From assembly GCA_013151355.1 (NCBI GenBank), contig JAADIL010000042.1:1-37008 (forward strand): a stretch of DNA of 37,008 bases. The letters are read 5' to 3'. Every line of letters begins with the position of its first letter. The first letter of the stretch is position 1. Below, one piece after another: positions 19,338 through 27,919 of the stretch. The translations under genes and the position numbers were made by a program. Origin of the DNA: Gammaproteobacteria bacterium (lineage in GTDB: Bacteria > Pseudomonadota > Gammaproteobacteria > SZUA-152). Under the pieces are notes generated by a model. That model had not been told where the DNA came from, searched no databases, and saw only the letters and a program-made list of their open reading frames with translations.

Positions 19338-19429
19338 TGAAAAACAGAACTGTCAGGCCCCGTCATGTTTTTATACCGGACCTTGAATGATGAGTTTTGG
19401 TGGTTTTTGACAAGGCAAAACGTACATTT

Positions 19430-20590
19430 CTAATCCGTCACAAACAAGGTTAATAAATCATCCAGAAACCGGCGACCCTTTTCTGTGGGCCGTATCTGTT
19501 TCAGTGTTCGTTCAAGCAAACCAGCTTCTTCAGCGGCACGCAGGGGAGCAGCAATCAACACAAGCTGCTGACCTGTATGAGCGGGAAATAACGCAGATTC
19601 AAAACCTTCATTTAAACGCAATGCGTTCATCATAAATTCCAGACCCACATCTTTGCGTGTTAAAACACGTTCACTCTGAATACCCTGTGCAGTACCTGCT
19701 GTGTTCATAAAAGCTTGCGGCTGACGCTGTTTGGCAAGACGGGTAATAGTCTGTTGTGCAGCATCAGTAATTTTTCCGTGGGCTCCCGCGCCTAACCCTA
19801 AATAGTCTCCGAACTGCCAATAATTCAGATTATGCGCACACTGGTATTTTTCTTTGGCGTAAGCCGATACTTCGTACTGCACATAACCAGCCTCGGCCAG
19901 TTGCTGTTGTCCAGCCTGTTGTATCTGCCAGGCCAGATCATTATCAGGCAGCGCGGGTGGCTGTGCATAGAATTGCGTATTGGGCTCAAGGGTGAGCTGG
20001 TAATAAGAGATATGTGTGGGCTCAAGATCGATGGCCGTGGCCACATCTTCAGCTGCCTGCGCTGGTGTCTGATTTGGCAGGGCAAACATCAGGTCGAGGT
20101 TAAAATTGTCGAAGCCAGCGGCATGCGCCATTTCTGCGGCACGAACAGCCTCACTACGACCATGAATACGACCAAGGACTTGCAACGCATCATCGTGAAA
20201 ACTCTGCACACCGATGGACAGGCGGTTGATACCCAGCGCCCGGTATTCACGAAATTTTTCCTGTTCTGCGGTGCCGGGGTTGGCTTCGAGGGTAATCTCG
20301 GCATCGGCATTAATGCTCAACCGCGCACGCAGGCCGGATAGCAGCTGATCCAGCGCTTCAGGAGAAAACAGGCTGGGGGTACCACCACCAATAAACACAC
20401 TCATTACCCGTCGCCCCCAGATACGCGGCAGGTCTTGTTCAAGATCTGCCAACAAGGCATTGATGTAAGCCGTTTCGGGTATCCCGTCTTTCAGTGCATG
20501 CGAATTAAAATCACAATACGGGCACTTGCGTACACACCACGGCAGGTGAATATACAGGGACAAAGGCGGCAGGGCGGTAAATTGAAACAC
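19430..20590 (-). CDS. hemW: Radical SAM heme chaperone HemW
   Basis: LYIHLPWCVRKCPYCDFNS, GGGTPS, TLEANP, YEVSAY, and the HemW-typical HNLNYWQFGDYLGLGAGAHG. Confidence 0.93.
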   Translation of the reverse strand: MFQFTALPPLSLYIHLPWCVRKCPYCDFNSHALKDGIPETAYINALLADLEQDLPRIWGRRVMSVFIGGGTPSLFSPEALDQLLSGLRARLSINADAEITLEANPGTAEQEKFREYRALGINRLSIGVQSFHDDALQVLGRIHGRSEAVRAAEMAHAAGFDNFNLDLMFALPNQTPAQAAEDVATAIDLEPTHISYYQLTLEPNTQFYAQPPALPDNDLAWQIQQAGQQQLAEAGYVQYEVSAYAKEKYQCAHNLNYWQFGDYLGLGAGAHGKITDAAQQTITRLAKQRQPQAFMNTAGTAQGIQSERVLTRKDVGLEFMMNALRLNEGFESALFPAHTGQQLVLIAAPLRAAEEAGLLERTLKQIRPTEKGRRFLDDLLTLFVTD

Positions 20591-20638
20591 AGGCGTTAAA
20601 TTCTCGGCAATCAGGGCATGCTATGTTATGGCCTGCTT

Positions 20639-20929
20639 ATGATAAAAACCACATCTGTGACTCGCCGTAACGCCGCCCTCAAAGACCTGCAACGTATTCC
20701 CGGCACAGGGCCGTCCATTGCCAGCGATTTATACGGGCTGGGTATTACTGCTGTGCAGGATTTGCGCGACAGTGATCCCGAGGCACTGTATGCAGAATTG
20801 TGTGTGCAGGTTGGCCAGCCTGTGGACCGCTGCGTGTTGTACGTGTTTCGCTGTGCCGTCTATTTTGCCTCCTGCCCTGACCCTGTTCCGGAAAAACTCC
20901 AGTGGTGGAACTGGAAAGACCCGGCATGA
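20639..20929 (+). CDS. Helix-hairpin-helix protein, Cdd1 (pathogenicity locus) family
   Basis: LQRIPGTGPSIASDL HhH, DPEALY, DRCVLYVFRCAVYFA, WWNWKD; ATGA overlap with the next gene. Confidence 0.85.
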   Translation: MIKTTSVTRRNAALKDLQRIPGTGPSIASDLYGLGITAVQDLRDSDPEALYAELCVQVGQPVDRCVLYVFRCAVYFASCPDPVPEKLQWWNWKDPA

Positions 20930-21525
20930 ACGGCCTGAGTATTATTGACCTGTACACCCATGAACGCGGCCCTTACTCCTTGCACATTGCCCCGGGTGAG
21001 TGTGTCAGCCTGCGCGGTGATTCCGGCAGCGGCAAATCGCTGTTGTTACGCGCCATCGCCGATCTCGACCCCCATGACGGGGAGATATTGCTCGATGAGA
21101 CCCCCAGCACGCAGATTGCCGCCCCGCAATGGCGCAAACAAGTCGCCCTGCTACCAGCAGAAAGCCAGTGGTGGCAAGACGAAGTTGGCGCTCACTTTTC
21201 AGATGAAAAACCCCCCTGGTTCGAGCCACTGGGCTTTGGCACAGAAACCCTGCACTGGCAGGTAAGTCGTCTCTCCAGCGGCGAAAAACAACGTCTGGCA
21301 CTGGCACGGATACTAGTGAACAAACCCCGCGTGTTGCTGCTGGACGAACCCACCGCCAGTCTGGATGCCGACAATGTCCTCATAGTAGAACGGCTTATCA
21401 GTGAATATCGCCACGATACCGGCGCTGCCGTATTGTGGGTGAGTCACGATGCCCGGCAAGCCGCACGGGTGGGCAGCCGACATTTGCAACTCACCGCCGA
21501 AGGTATCAGGGAACACAGCGCATGA
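20926..21525 (+). CDS. ABC transporter ATP-binding protein (FetA/YbbL-like)
   Basis: GDSGSGKS, LSSGEKQRLAL, LLLDEPTASLD, WVSHD; coupled by ATGA overlaps on both sides. Confidence 0.88.
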   Translation: MNGLSIIDLYTHERGPYSLHIAPGECVSLRGDSGSGKSLLLRAIADLDPHDGEILLDETPSTQIAAPQWRKQVALLPAESQWWQDEVGAHFSDEKPPWFEPLGFGTETLHWQVSRLSSGEKQRLALARILVNKPRVLLLDEPTASLDADNVLIVERLISEYRHDTGAAVLWVSHDARQAARVGSRHLQLTAEGIREHSA

Positions 21526-22319
21526 TTACACTCAGCGCCGTGGATCTCACCCTCGCTGCCGGACTGGTGCTGGCCATGGCCGCATTGAGCTGGCGCATGC
21601 AACTGGGGCTCAGCGGACAATTGCTTATCGCGGGTACACGCACCGTGGTGCAACTGCTGCTCATCGGGCTGGTACTAAAAGCACTGTTTGCCAATGTTGA
21701 TTTACTGTGGGTGGCAGGTATTTCGCTGATCATGCTGCTGGCTGCCGGGCGTGAAGTCATGGCTCGCCAACAGCGACGCTTCACCGGCTGGTGGGGTTTC
21801 GGCATGGGCACCGGCGCGATGTTTATCTCATCCTTCGCCATCACTGTGCTGGCGCTGACCACCATGGTTGCCACCGATCCCTGGTATGACCCGCAATACG
21901 CTGTCCCCCTGCTGGGCATGTTACTGGGCAATACCATGAGTGGTATCGCACTGGCGCTGGACCGGCTCACCACCACGGCATGGCAACAACGCGCCATCAT
22001 CGAACAGCGACTGATGCTGGGCGCAACCCGACTGGAAGCCATTGCTGAAATCCGCCGCGACGCCATGCGCAGCGGTATGATGCCGATTATCAACGCCATG
22101 GCCGCCGCCGGGCTGGTGAGCCTGCCAGGCATGATGACCGGGCAGATTCTCGCGGGCAGTCCACCACTGGAAGCCGTGAAATACCAGATTCTGATCATGT
22201 TTTTGATCAGCGCCGGTACCGGTTTTGGAGTAACAACGGCACTGTGGCTGGCCTCAAAACGGTTGTTCGATGAACGGCATCGACTACGGCTGGACAAGCT
22301 TGCCGGACCACGTAACTGA
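21522..22319 (+). CDS. fetB: ABC permease, UPF0014 (FetB/YbbM-like)
   Basis: RTVVQLLLIG, PQYAVPLLGMLLGN, GLVSLPGMMTGQILAG, AVKYQI. Confidence 0.85.
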   Translation: MITLSAVDLTLAAGLVLAMAALSWRMQLGLSGQLLIAGTRTVVQLLLIGLVLKALFANVDLLWVAGISLIMLLAAGREVMARQQRRFTGWWGFGMGTGAMFISSFAITVLALTTMVATDPWYDPQYAVPLLGMLLGNTMSGIALALDRLTTTAWQQRAIIEQRLMLGATRLEAIAEIRRDAMRSGMMPIINAMAAAGLVSLPGMMTGQILAGSPPLEAVKYQILIMFLISAGTGFGVTTALWLASKRLFDERHRLRLDKLAGPRN

Positions 22320-22486
22320 TCTACAATTTCCCGCTACCCCCACGAAATTCTGCTTGTTGACAAAGCAACAGCACACGCCTGATAACACAGGAAATCACTA
22401 TGGAAAGGCGCTATGATGTCCGTTACCTGTCAGTATCGATAAGAAAGTATGAGTTTATAGACAGGATGTAACCGGGAGTGCAGTAC

Positions 22487-23911
22487 ATGAATGATGTCAA
22501 TGACTGGATAGGCCTCGCACGCGAAGAACTGATGCGACTGAATGTGGATGAAATTCGGCAATCAGGTCTGCTACCCGGCGGCGGCAAACAATTTTTCCCT
22601 GTGATCGGCTACCCGCCATTAACCATGTTCTCCGAAATGGACGACACTGCCCTGTTCGAAAATTTTGCCCAACGCCCGGCCAGCAAAACCATCGCCTACG
22701 GTCACATTCCCTTTTGTCCCTCGCGCTGTACTTTTTGTCACTGGATCACCAAAACCAAAACCCGGGCCGAAGAGGTAGACGACTACCTTGACCACCTCGA
22801 ACAGGAAATGGCCCTGTACCGTCACAAAATGGGCATGAATGCCATTCCCGCCAGTTCGGTGCTCATCGGCGGCGGCACACCCACTTATTTATCGCCGCAA
22901 CAAATGGAGCGTTTTCTCGCCGCGTTTACCCGGCATTTTGATCTCAGTGACTGCACCCAGTTCTCCATCGAAGCCGAACCCACCACCCTGCTGGGCAAAG
23001 AAGGCATGGAAAAACTGGCCATCATGAAAGACTACGGTGTGCATCGCATCAGCCTGGGCGTGCAATCTTTTGATGACCCTGTGCTCGCCGCCATGGGCCG
23101 TACCCATAACAATGCGGATACACTGGAATCCATTAAACAAATGCGCCGCGCCGGTATCGATAATATCTTTATTGACCTGATTTACGCCTACCCCGGCCAA
23201 ACCGTGGCGCAATGGGTAAAAAACATGCTCACCGCAGTGAACCTGGACATCGAAGGTTATCAACTCTATCGGCTGCGCATTCGCCCGCACGGCGACCGTG
23301 ATGGCAACATCCTCAAAGTACACACCAGCGCACCGGAAAAATTTCCCGAGCCCAACGACATTCAACTGATGAAATACCTGGGTAGCATGATCTCGGAACG
23401 CCACGGCTACGGCGAACACCAGACCCGCATCTTCGCACGCAAGGCCGAAGACATCTCTCATTACCTGCGCGACTGGGCCTGCGACCTCGCCGACGTAACC
23501 GGTGTGGGTGTATCCTCCTGGTCCAACTTGCGCGGCGTGTTTTCCATGAACGTGGGAGATGCCAATCTGGAGAACTACTACCAGTCGGTGCGCCAGGGCA
23601 AAGTCTCCGTGAATCGCGGCAAAATCCGCACCGTAGACGACGAACGTCGGCGCTGTTTCATACTGCCGCTGAAAAATGCGCGAGTCAGCAAAGCACTGTT
23701 TACCGAACGCACGGGAGAAATAATCGAACAGTGTTTTGGTAAAGAAATTAACGGTTTTAAAACACTGGGGCTGATTGCAGAAAATGACAGCCATGTGTGG
23801 CTTACCTCACGCGGCCGTTTTTTTGCCGATGAAATTGCCACCCAGTTTTTTGACCCTGACTACCTGCCCTTCCCGGATGTCACACGCATCGCCGACACAG
23901 CCACGGGTTAA
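22487..23911 (+). CDS. HemN-like radical SAM enzyme, neither canonical HemN nor HemW; function unknown
   Basis: YGHIPFCPSRCTFCHW, GGGTPT, IEAEP, RISLGVQSF, IDLIY, C-terminal LTSRGRFFAD; GGAG lies before ATG 22487 (GTG 22478 is an alternative). Confidence 0.88.
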   Translation: MNDVNDWIGLAREELMRLNVDEIRQSGLLPGGGKQFFPVIGYPPLTMFSEMDDTALFENFAQRPASKTIAYGHIPFCPSRCTFCHWITKTKTRAEEVDDYLDHLEQEMALYRHKMGMNAIPASSVLIGGGTPTYLSPQQMERFLAAFTRHFDLSDCTQFSIEAEPTTLLGKEGMEKLAIMKDYGVHRISLGVQSFDDPVLAAMGRTHNNADTLESIKQMRRAGIDNIFIDLIYAYPGQTVAQWVKNMLTAVNLDIEGYQLYRLRIRPHGDRDGNILKVHTSAPEKFPEPNDIQLMKYLGSMISERHGYGEHQTRIFARKAEDISHYLRDWACDLADVTGVGVSSWSNLRGVFSMNVGDANLENYYQSVRQGKVSVNRGKIRTVDDERRRCFILPLKNARVSKALFTERTGEIIEQCFGKEINGFKTLGLIAENDSHVWLTSRGRFFADEIATQFFDPDYLPFPDVTRIADTATG

Positions 23912-23987
23912 GCCCGATACCACCCCGGTTGTAAAACCATCTCATGCCAAACTGGACGTAACGCTCAAACCAGGCATTAATGGTGGC

Positions 23988-25433
23988 ATGGGCCAGGAAA
24001 TTGACCACACCCGTTTCAGTCAACGGGATTTCGATGCTTTTAAACAACGCCTCAGCGAAGAAACCGCGCTGCTCGCTACCTGTTTTGAACAAAACCGCTT
24101 TGATGATGGCCCGCCTGTGGCGGGTTTTGAGCTGGAAGGCTGGCTGGTAGACAAGACATTCTGCCCGGCACCCATTAATGCGGCATTTCTGCAACATCTT
24201 GACAACCCGCGGGTCACCCCCGAACTGGCCACGTTTAATATCGAGTTCAATGTTGAACCAACGGCCCTGCGTGGCACAGCACTCTCCACTCTGGAAACAA
24301 AACTGCAAACCGACTGGCAGGCAGGTTGTGATACCGCGCGCAGTCTGGGGGCTCAACTGGCGATGATCGGTATCCTGCCCACGGTGAGTGATGCCCACCT
24401 GGTGATTGAGAACCTGTCATCCATGAATCGTTATGCCGCGCTGAACAATGAAATCCTGCGTCTGCGTGGCGGTCGGCCGCTGCAACTGGACATTCACGGC
24501 AAGGATATCCTGCGTGTCGGGAACGACGATGTCATGCTGGAGTCCGCCACCACCTCGTTTCAAATTCACTTGCAGGTACCGCCAGCGCTGGCGGTACGCG
24601 CCTATAATGCATCGATCATTGCCTCCGCACCGCTGGTGGCAGTCAGCGCCAATTCTCCCTTTTTATTCGGCAAAAACCTGTGGGCCGAGACACGCATCCC
24701 GCTGTTCGAGCAATCTGTGGAAGTGGGCGGTTACGAAGACGACGCCCACGGCCCCATGCGCCGCGTTACTTTCGGTTCCGGCTATGCACGTCAGTCCATC
24801 ATGGAATGTTTTACCGAAAACCTCGAACATTATCCTGTGTTGCTGCCCACGGTATTTGACAGCCCGCCGGAACAACTGGAACATTTGCGCCTGCACAATG
24901 GCACGTTGTGGCGCTGGAACCGGCCTCTGATCGGTTTTAACGAGCAGGGCATACCGCACCTGCGCATCGAACAACGCGTGGTGCCCGCTGGCCCTACTAT
25001 TGCCGATGCCATAGCCAATGCGGCATTTTATTACGGACTCACCCGGGCACTGTGCGAAACCGGTGTCCCTCCGGAAACCGACATGCCCTTTGCCCGGGCA
25101 CGTGACAATTTTTACGCCTGCGCCCGACAAGGACTCGATGCCCACATCACCTGGCTGAACGGGCAAAAACAACCTGCGCAATCACTGATACTGAAAACCC
25201 TGTTACCCATGGCACATGGCGGACTGATCTCGCTGGGCATTAATGACAAGGACCGTATTCATTTTCTGGGTATCATCGAAGCACGGGTACAAAATGCCTG
25301 CAACGGCGCAACCTGGCAACGCCGTTTTTACGCTGCCCACTGCACAAAGAAGGGCAATGACATGACACAATTATTAACCGTCTATTTACAACACCAGCAC
25401 AGTGGGATGCCAGTGCATGAATGGAACATTTAG
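23988..25433 (+). CDS. Glutamate-cysteine ligase family 2 (GCS2)-like carboxylate-amine ligase
   Basis: GFELE, PELATFNIEFN, SFQIHLQV, SANSPFLFG, HNGTLWRWNRP, HLRIEQR; start re-assigned to MGQEI (ATG 23988). Confidence 0.87.
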   Translation: MGQEIDHTRFSQRDFDAFKQRLSEETALLATCFEQNRFDDGPPVAGFELEGWLVDKTFCPAPINAAFLQHLDNPRVTPELATFNIEFNVEPTALRGTALSTLETKLQTDWQAGCDTARSLGAQLAMIGILPTVSDAHLVIENLSSMNRYAALNNEILRLRGGRPLQLDIHGKDILRVGNDDVMLESATTSFQIHLQVPPALAVRAYNASIIASAPLVAVSANSPFLFGKNLWAETRIPLFEQSVEVGGYEDDAHGPMRRVTFGSGYARQSIMECFTENLEHYPVLLPTVFDSPPEQLEHLRLHNGTLWRWNRPLIGFNEQGIPHLRIEQRVVPAGPTIADAIANAAFYYGLTRALCETGVPPETDMPFARARDNFYACARQGLDAHITWLNGQKQPAQSLILKTLLPMAHGGLISLGINDKDRIHFLGIIEARVQNACNGATWQRRFYAAHCTKKGNDMTQLLTVYLQHQHSGMPVHEWNI

Positions 25434-25466
25434 TACACCGTCAAGGCTGTTTTGGCGGTGTACCAG
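25433..25466. repeat. 34-bp palindromic unit, family D, copy 1
   Basis: GTACACCGTCAA-ggctgtt-TTGGCGGTGTAC-cag; begins in the ligase stop codon TAG; 29/34 identical to 26002-26035. Confidence 0.8.
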
Positions 25467-25474
25467 GAGAAAAA

Positions 25475-25609
25475 ATGACTCAATACATCATTGTTTATCT
25501 GGGCGGTGATCAGCCATCTGGTCCAGAGGAAAGTAAACAACATTTTTCGAGATATATGGCTTGGTTATCTTCATTGGGCGACTCAGTCGTTAGTCCTGCA
25601 AATCCGCTT
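25475..25609 (+). pseudogene. Truncated YciI-like gene (N-terminal 45 aa)
   Basis: AGGAGA RBS then MTQYIIVYLGGDQPSGPEESKQHFSRYMAWLSSLGDSVVSPANPL; similarity stops at 25610 where repeat-containing DNA begins; the expected C-terminal half is absent. Confidence 0.7.
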
Positions 25610-25678
25610 AGGATCGCTCGAACAATAACTGTCTCATTGGTGAGCTGGCCCGGTTTTTTTGAGCGTGTACAAGACTCT

Positions 25679-25840
25679 GGTGGAACCGCTACGCTTGTTC
25701 CCTGTCTGCATACATCACTGAAGTTGACGTATTCATCATCCGGGTCGGAAATATGTCAGGATCAGGGGAGTGATTTGTTTGTTCCATCTCCTCAAACACA
25801 AGGTAAAACCGCAGGGTGGAACAAGCGTAGCGGTTCCACC
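25679..25840. repeat. Second pair of the same GTAG-type REP, in opposite relative orientation
   Basis: GGTGGAACCGCTACGCTTGTTCC (25679-25701) and GCAGGGTGGAACAAGCGTAGCGGTTCCACC (25811-25840); 29 bp identical to 12973-13001. Confidence 0.85.
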
Positions 25841-26001
25841 AAAAGATCAAGGGAAGAACAAATGAGTCAATTACACCCAGGGACTTTTCAAATTATGTTG
25901 GACAGTAGCGTATCACCCATACGGTAAATTCAACTATTAAATGGTGCATTTTATACGCTGTTTTAACCTTGGCCCGGTTATTCCATTTATAATTTACCCT
26001 C

Positions 26002-26035
26002 GTACACCCTCAAGACTATTTTGACGATGTACCAG
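26002..26035. repeat. 34-bp palindromic unit, family D, copy 2
   Basis: GTACACCCTCAAGACTATTTTGACGATGTACCAG; direct repeat of 25433-25466. Confidence 0.8.
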
Positions 26036-26064
26036 TCTAACCAACAATCCGGTAAAGTCTGGCG

Positions 26065-26259
26065 ATGAATACACAACGATTACTGTTTTTCGGGATACTC
26101 GTTTTACTCGGCGCCTGTAGCACCGAGGAACTCAAACGAGCAGGCTACGATGCCCTTCACCAGCGCCAATGCATCGAACAAACAGGAGAACCCGACTGCG
26201 ACCCAAATTACCCTGACTACAATGAATACCAGAATCAACGCTCGGAAATTCCCGAATAG
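26065..26259 (+). CDS. Small putative lipoprotein (64 aa)
   Basis: Signal peptide with lipobox LGAC; mature part has C-x8-C and YNEYQNQR; ends 17 bp before the M14 gene. Confidence 0.72.
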   Translation: MNTQRLLFFGILVLLGACSTEELKRAGYDALHQRQCIEQTGEPDCDPNYPDYNEYQNQRSEIPE

Positions 26260-26276
26260 CGTTTGTATCGGCAATC

Positions 26277-27317
26277 GTGCTCACTCTGCTTGACCACATC
26301 CCCAATGGCTTGCTGGACTGCACAGCGCAGGAACTGCATCGCATCCTGCCCGGGCCCACACTGATCCAGTTACCCGGTCGACGACCCCGACCGTTATTTG
26401 TCTCGGTATTGCTGCACGGTAACGAGGGCACCGGACTTTCGGCCATACAATCCCTGTTGAATAAATATCATCAACAGGAATTGCCGCGCGAACTGTGTAT
26501 TTTTATCGGCAATGTCCGCGCGGCGCGGTACGATCAACGCCATCTCCACAACCAGCCGGATTACAATCGCGTCTGGCCCTGTGACGGATTCGGTGATGAC
26601 TGCACGAACAATACACGCGAACACCAGATGATGCGCCAAATTGTGGACCTGCTGCGCGAACGTAATGTGTTTGCCAGTATCGACATACACAACAACACCG
26701 GACTCAATCCCCATTACGGTTGCATCAACAAACTTGATTCCCGCTTCTTTCACCTCGCCACGCAATTTTCCCGCACCGTGGTTTATTTCATCCGCCCTGA
26801 AGGTGTGCAGTCCATGGCCTTCAGTAACATCTGCCCGGCGGTAACAGTGGAATGCGGCAAACCTGACCAACCTCACGGCACCGCGCACGCCGCCGATTTT
26901 ATTAACAGTTGTTTACAACTCTCCAACTTGCCCACACACCCCGTCGCCGCACACGACATGGATTTATTTCATACCGTCGCCACAGTCAATGTGCCAGAAC
27001 ATATCAATATACGTTTTGATGGCAACAGTAATAACAAACCCTGTGCAAACGAAATCTGCTTCCTGCCCGACCTGGACCATCTCAATTTTCACGAACTGGC
27101 AACGGGCATTACTTTGGGTTTTATTGACCCCCGACAAACGAACATTCCACTACAGGTCATCGACGAACAGGGCGAAGATGCCACCCGGCGGTTTTTCCGT
27201 TTACACAACGGTAAATTGCAAACGGCATGTGAAGTAATGCCCTCCATGTTCACCCTGAATACCGAAGTCATTCGCCAGGATTGCCTGGGTTACCTGATGG
27301 AACGCATGGACTGGTAA
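26277..27317 (+). CDS. M14 family metallopeptidase (succinylglutamate desuccinylase/aspartoacylase-like)
   Basis: LLHGNE (HxxE), DYNRVW, SIDIHN, AVTVECG zinc/catalytic motifs; GTG start. Confidence 0.88.
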   Translation: MLTLLDHIPNGLLDCTAQELHRILPGPTLIQLPGRRPRPLFVSVLLHGNEGTGLSAIQSLLNKYHQQELPRELCIFIGNVRAARYDQRHLHNQPDYNRVWPCDGFGDDCTNNTREHQMMRQIVDLLRERNVFASIDIHNNTGLNPHYGCINKLDSRFFHLATQFSRTVVYFIRPEGVQSMAFSNICPAVTVECGKPDQPHGTAHAADFINSCLQLSNLPTHPVAAHDMDLFHTVATVNVPEHINIRFDGNSNNKPCANEICFLPDLDHLNFHELATGITLGFIDPRQTNIPLQVIDEQGEDATRRFFRLHNGKLQTACEVMPSMFTLNTEVIRQDCLGYLMERMDW

Positions 27318-27442
27318 CTCTCTCAAAGAATATCCACTCATCTTGCAATCAAATGCCTCAGTCACTCGTTACCAGCATTGAAGCACCTTTATTCGACAAA
27401 CCCGTCGGCTAAACCCAGCTGACCAACACGAGGAATATCCGT

Positions 27443-27850
27443 ATGACTTTACCCCGCAACATTACACGCCTGCTCCAGGTTTCCGGTATTAGCCTGTTTT
27501 TGCTCAGCACAACCGCCATGGCCGCCAACGACCCTTCCATTAAGGGTGACTTGCGCACCAATATTCAGCAGGCCATGAATGAACTGATTCAACAACGTAC
27601 AGTGGGTGACCGTTTTAAATTTTACGATGCCATTACCAACAAAGTGCATAACCTGAAACTGGTTGAACTGCATGACGGTATCGTCAAAAAGGGTGATTTT
27701 TATGTAAGCTGTGCCGATTTCGCCGACAGCAAAGGCAATACTGTGGATATGGATTTTATGGTTATCCCCAGCGGCAATAAAATGGTCGCAACGCAAGCAA
27801 TCCTGCACAAAATTGACGGTAAAAAACGTAAATATCATCTGGAAGACTGA
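27443..27850 (+). CDS. Exported hypothetical protein
   Basis: GAGG RBS, signal peptide ending AMA; mature part with LHDG, YVSCADF, VDMDF. Confidence 0.8.
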   Translation: MTLPRNITRLLQVSGISLFLLSTTAMAANDPSIKGDLRTNIQQAMNELIQQRTVGDRFKFYDAITNKVHNLKLVELHDGIVKKGDFYVSCADFADSKGNTVDMDFMVIPSGNKMVATQAILHKIDGKKRKYHLED

Positions 27851-27877
27851 TACGCGTTCATGAACACCGACGGTGTG

Positions 27878-27903
27878 CGGAAACTGCTGTCACGCAGTTT
27901 CCG
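27878..27903. terminator. Stem-loop downstream of the exported protein gene
   Basis: CGGAAACTGC-tgtcac-GCAGTTTCCG, 10-bp perfect stem; weak U-tract. Confidence 0.45.
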
Positions 27904-27919
27904 TTGCACGTGTTGGTCA

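Noticed and set aside
19360-19380. CCGTCATGTTTTTATACCGGA as a CGTC-REP remnant
   Set aside because: Resembles the reverse complement of 35921-35953 only after assuming a deletion; too degenerate.
22357-22385. Sigma70 promoter upstream of the radical SAM gene
   Set aside because: Perfect TTGACA, but the hexamer at 17-bp spacing (TGATAA) is a poor -10.
23775-23987. N-terminal extension of the ligase ORF (likewise for lptB, rpoN, ptsN, hprK and fetB)
   Set aside because: Extensions overlap upstream genes or hairpins; family-typical N-termini start at downstream ATGs.
12973-25840. Repeated ~30-bp palindromes as a CRISPR array
   Set aside because: Copies are inverted and dispersed, not regularly spaced direct repeats; no cas genes.
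25433-26035. Integron cassette with attC sites
   Set aside because: The palindromes are only 34 bp, lack RYYYAAC...GTTRRRY ends, and no integrase is present.
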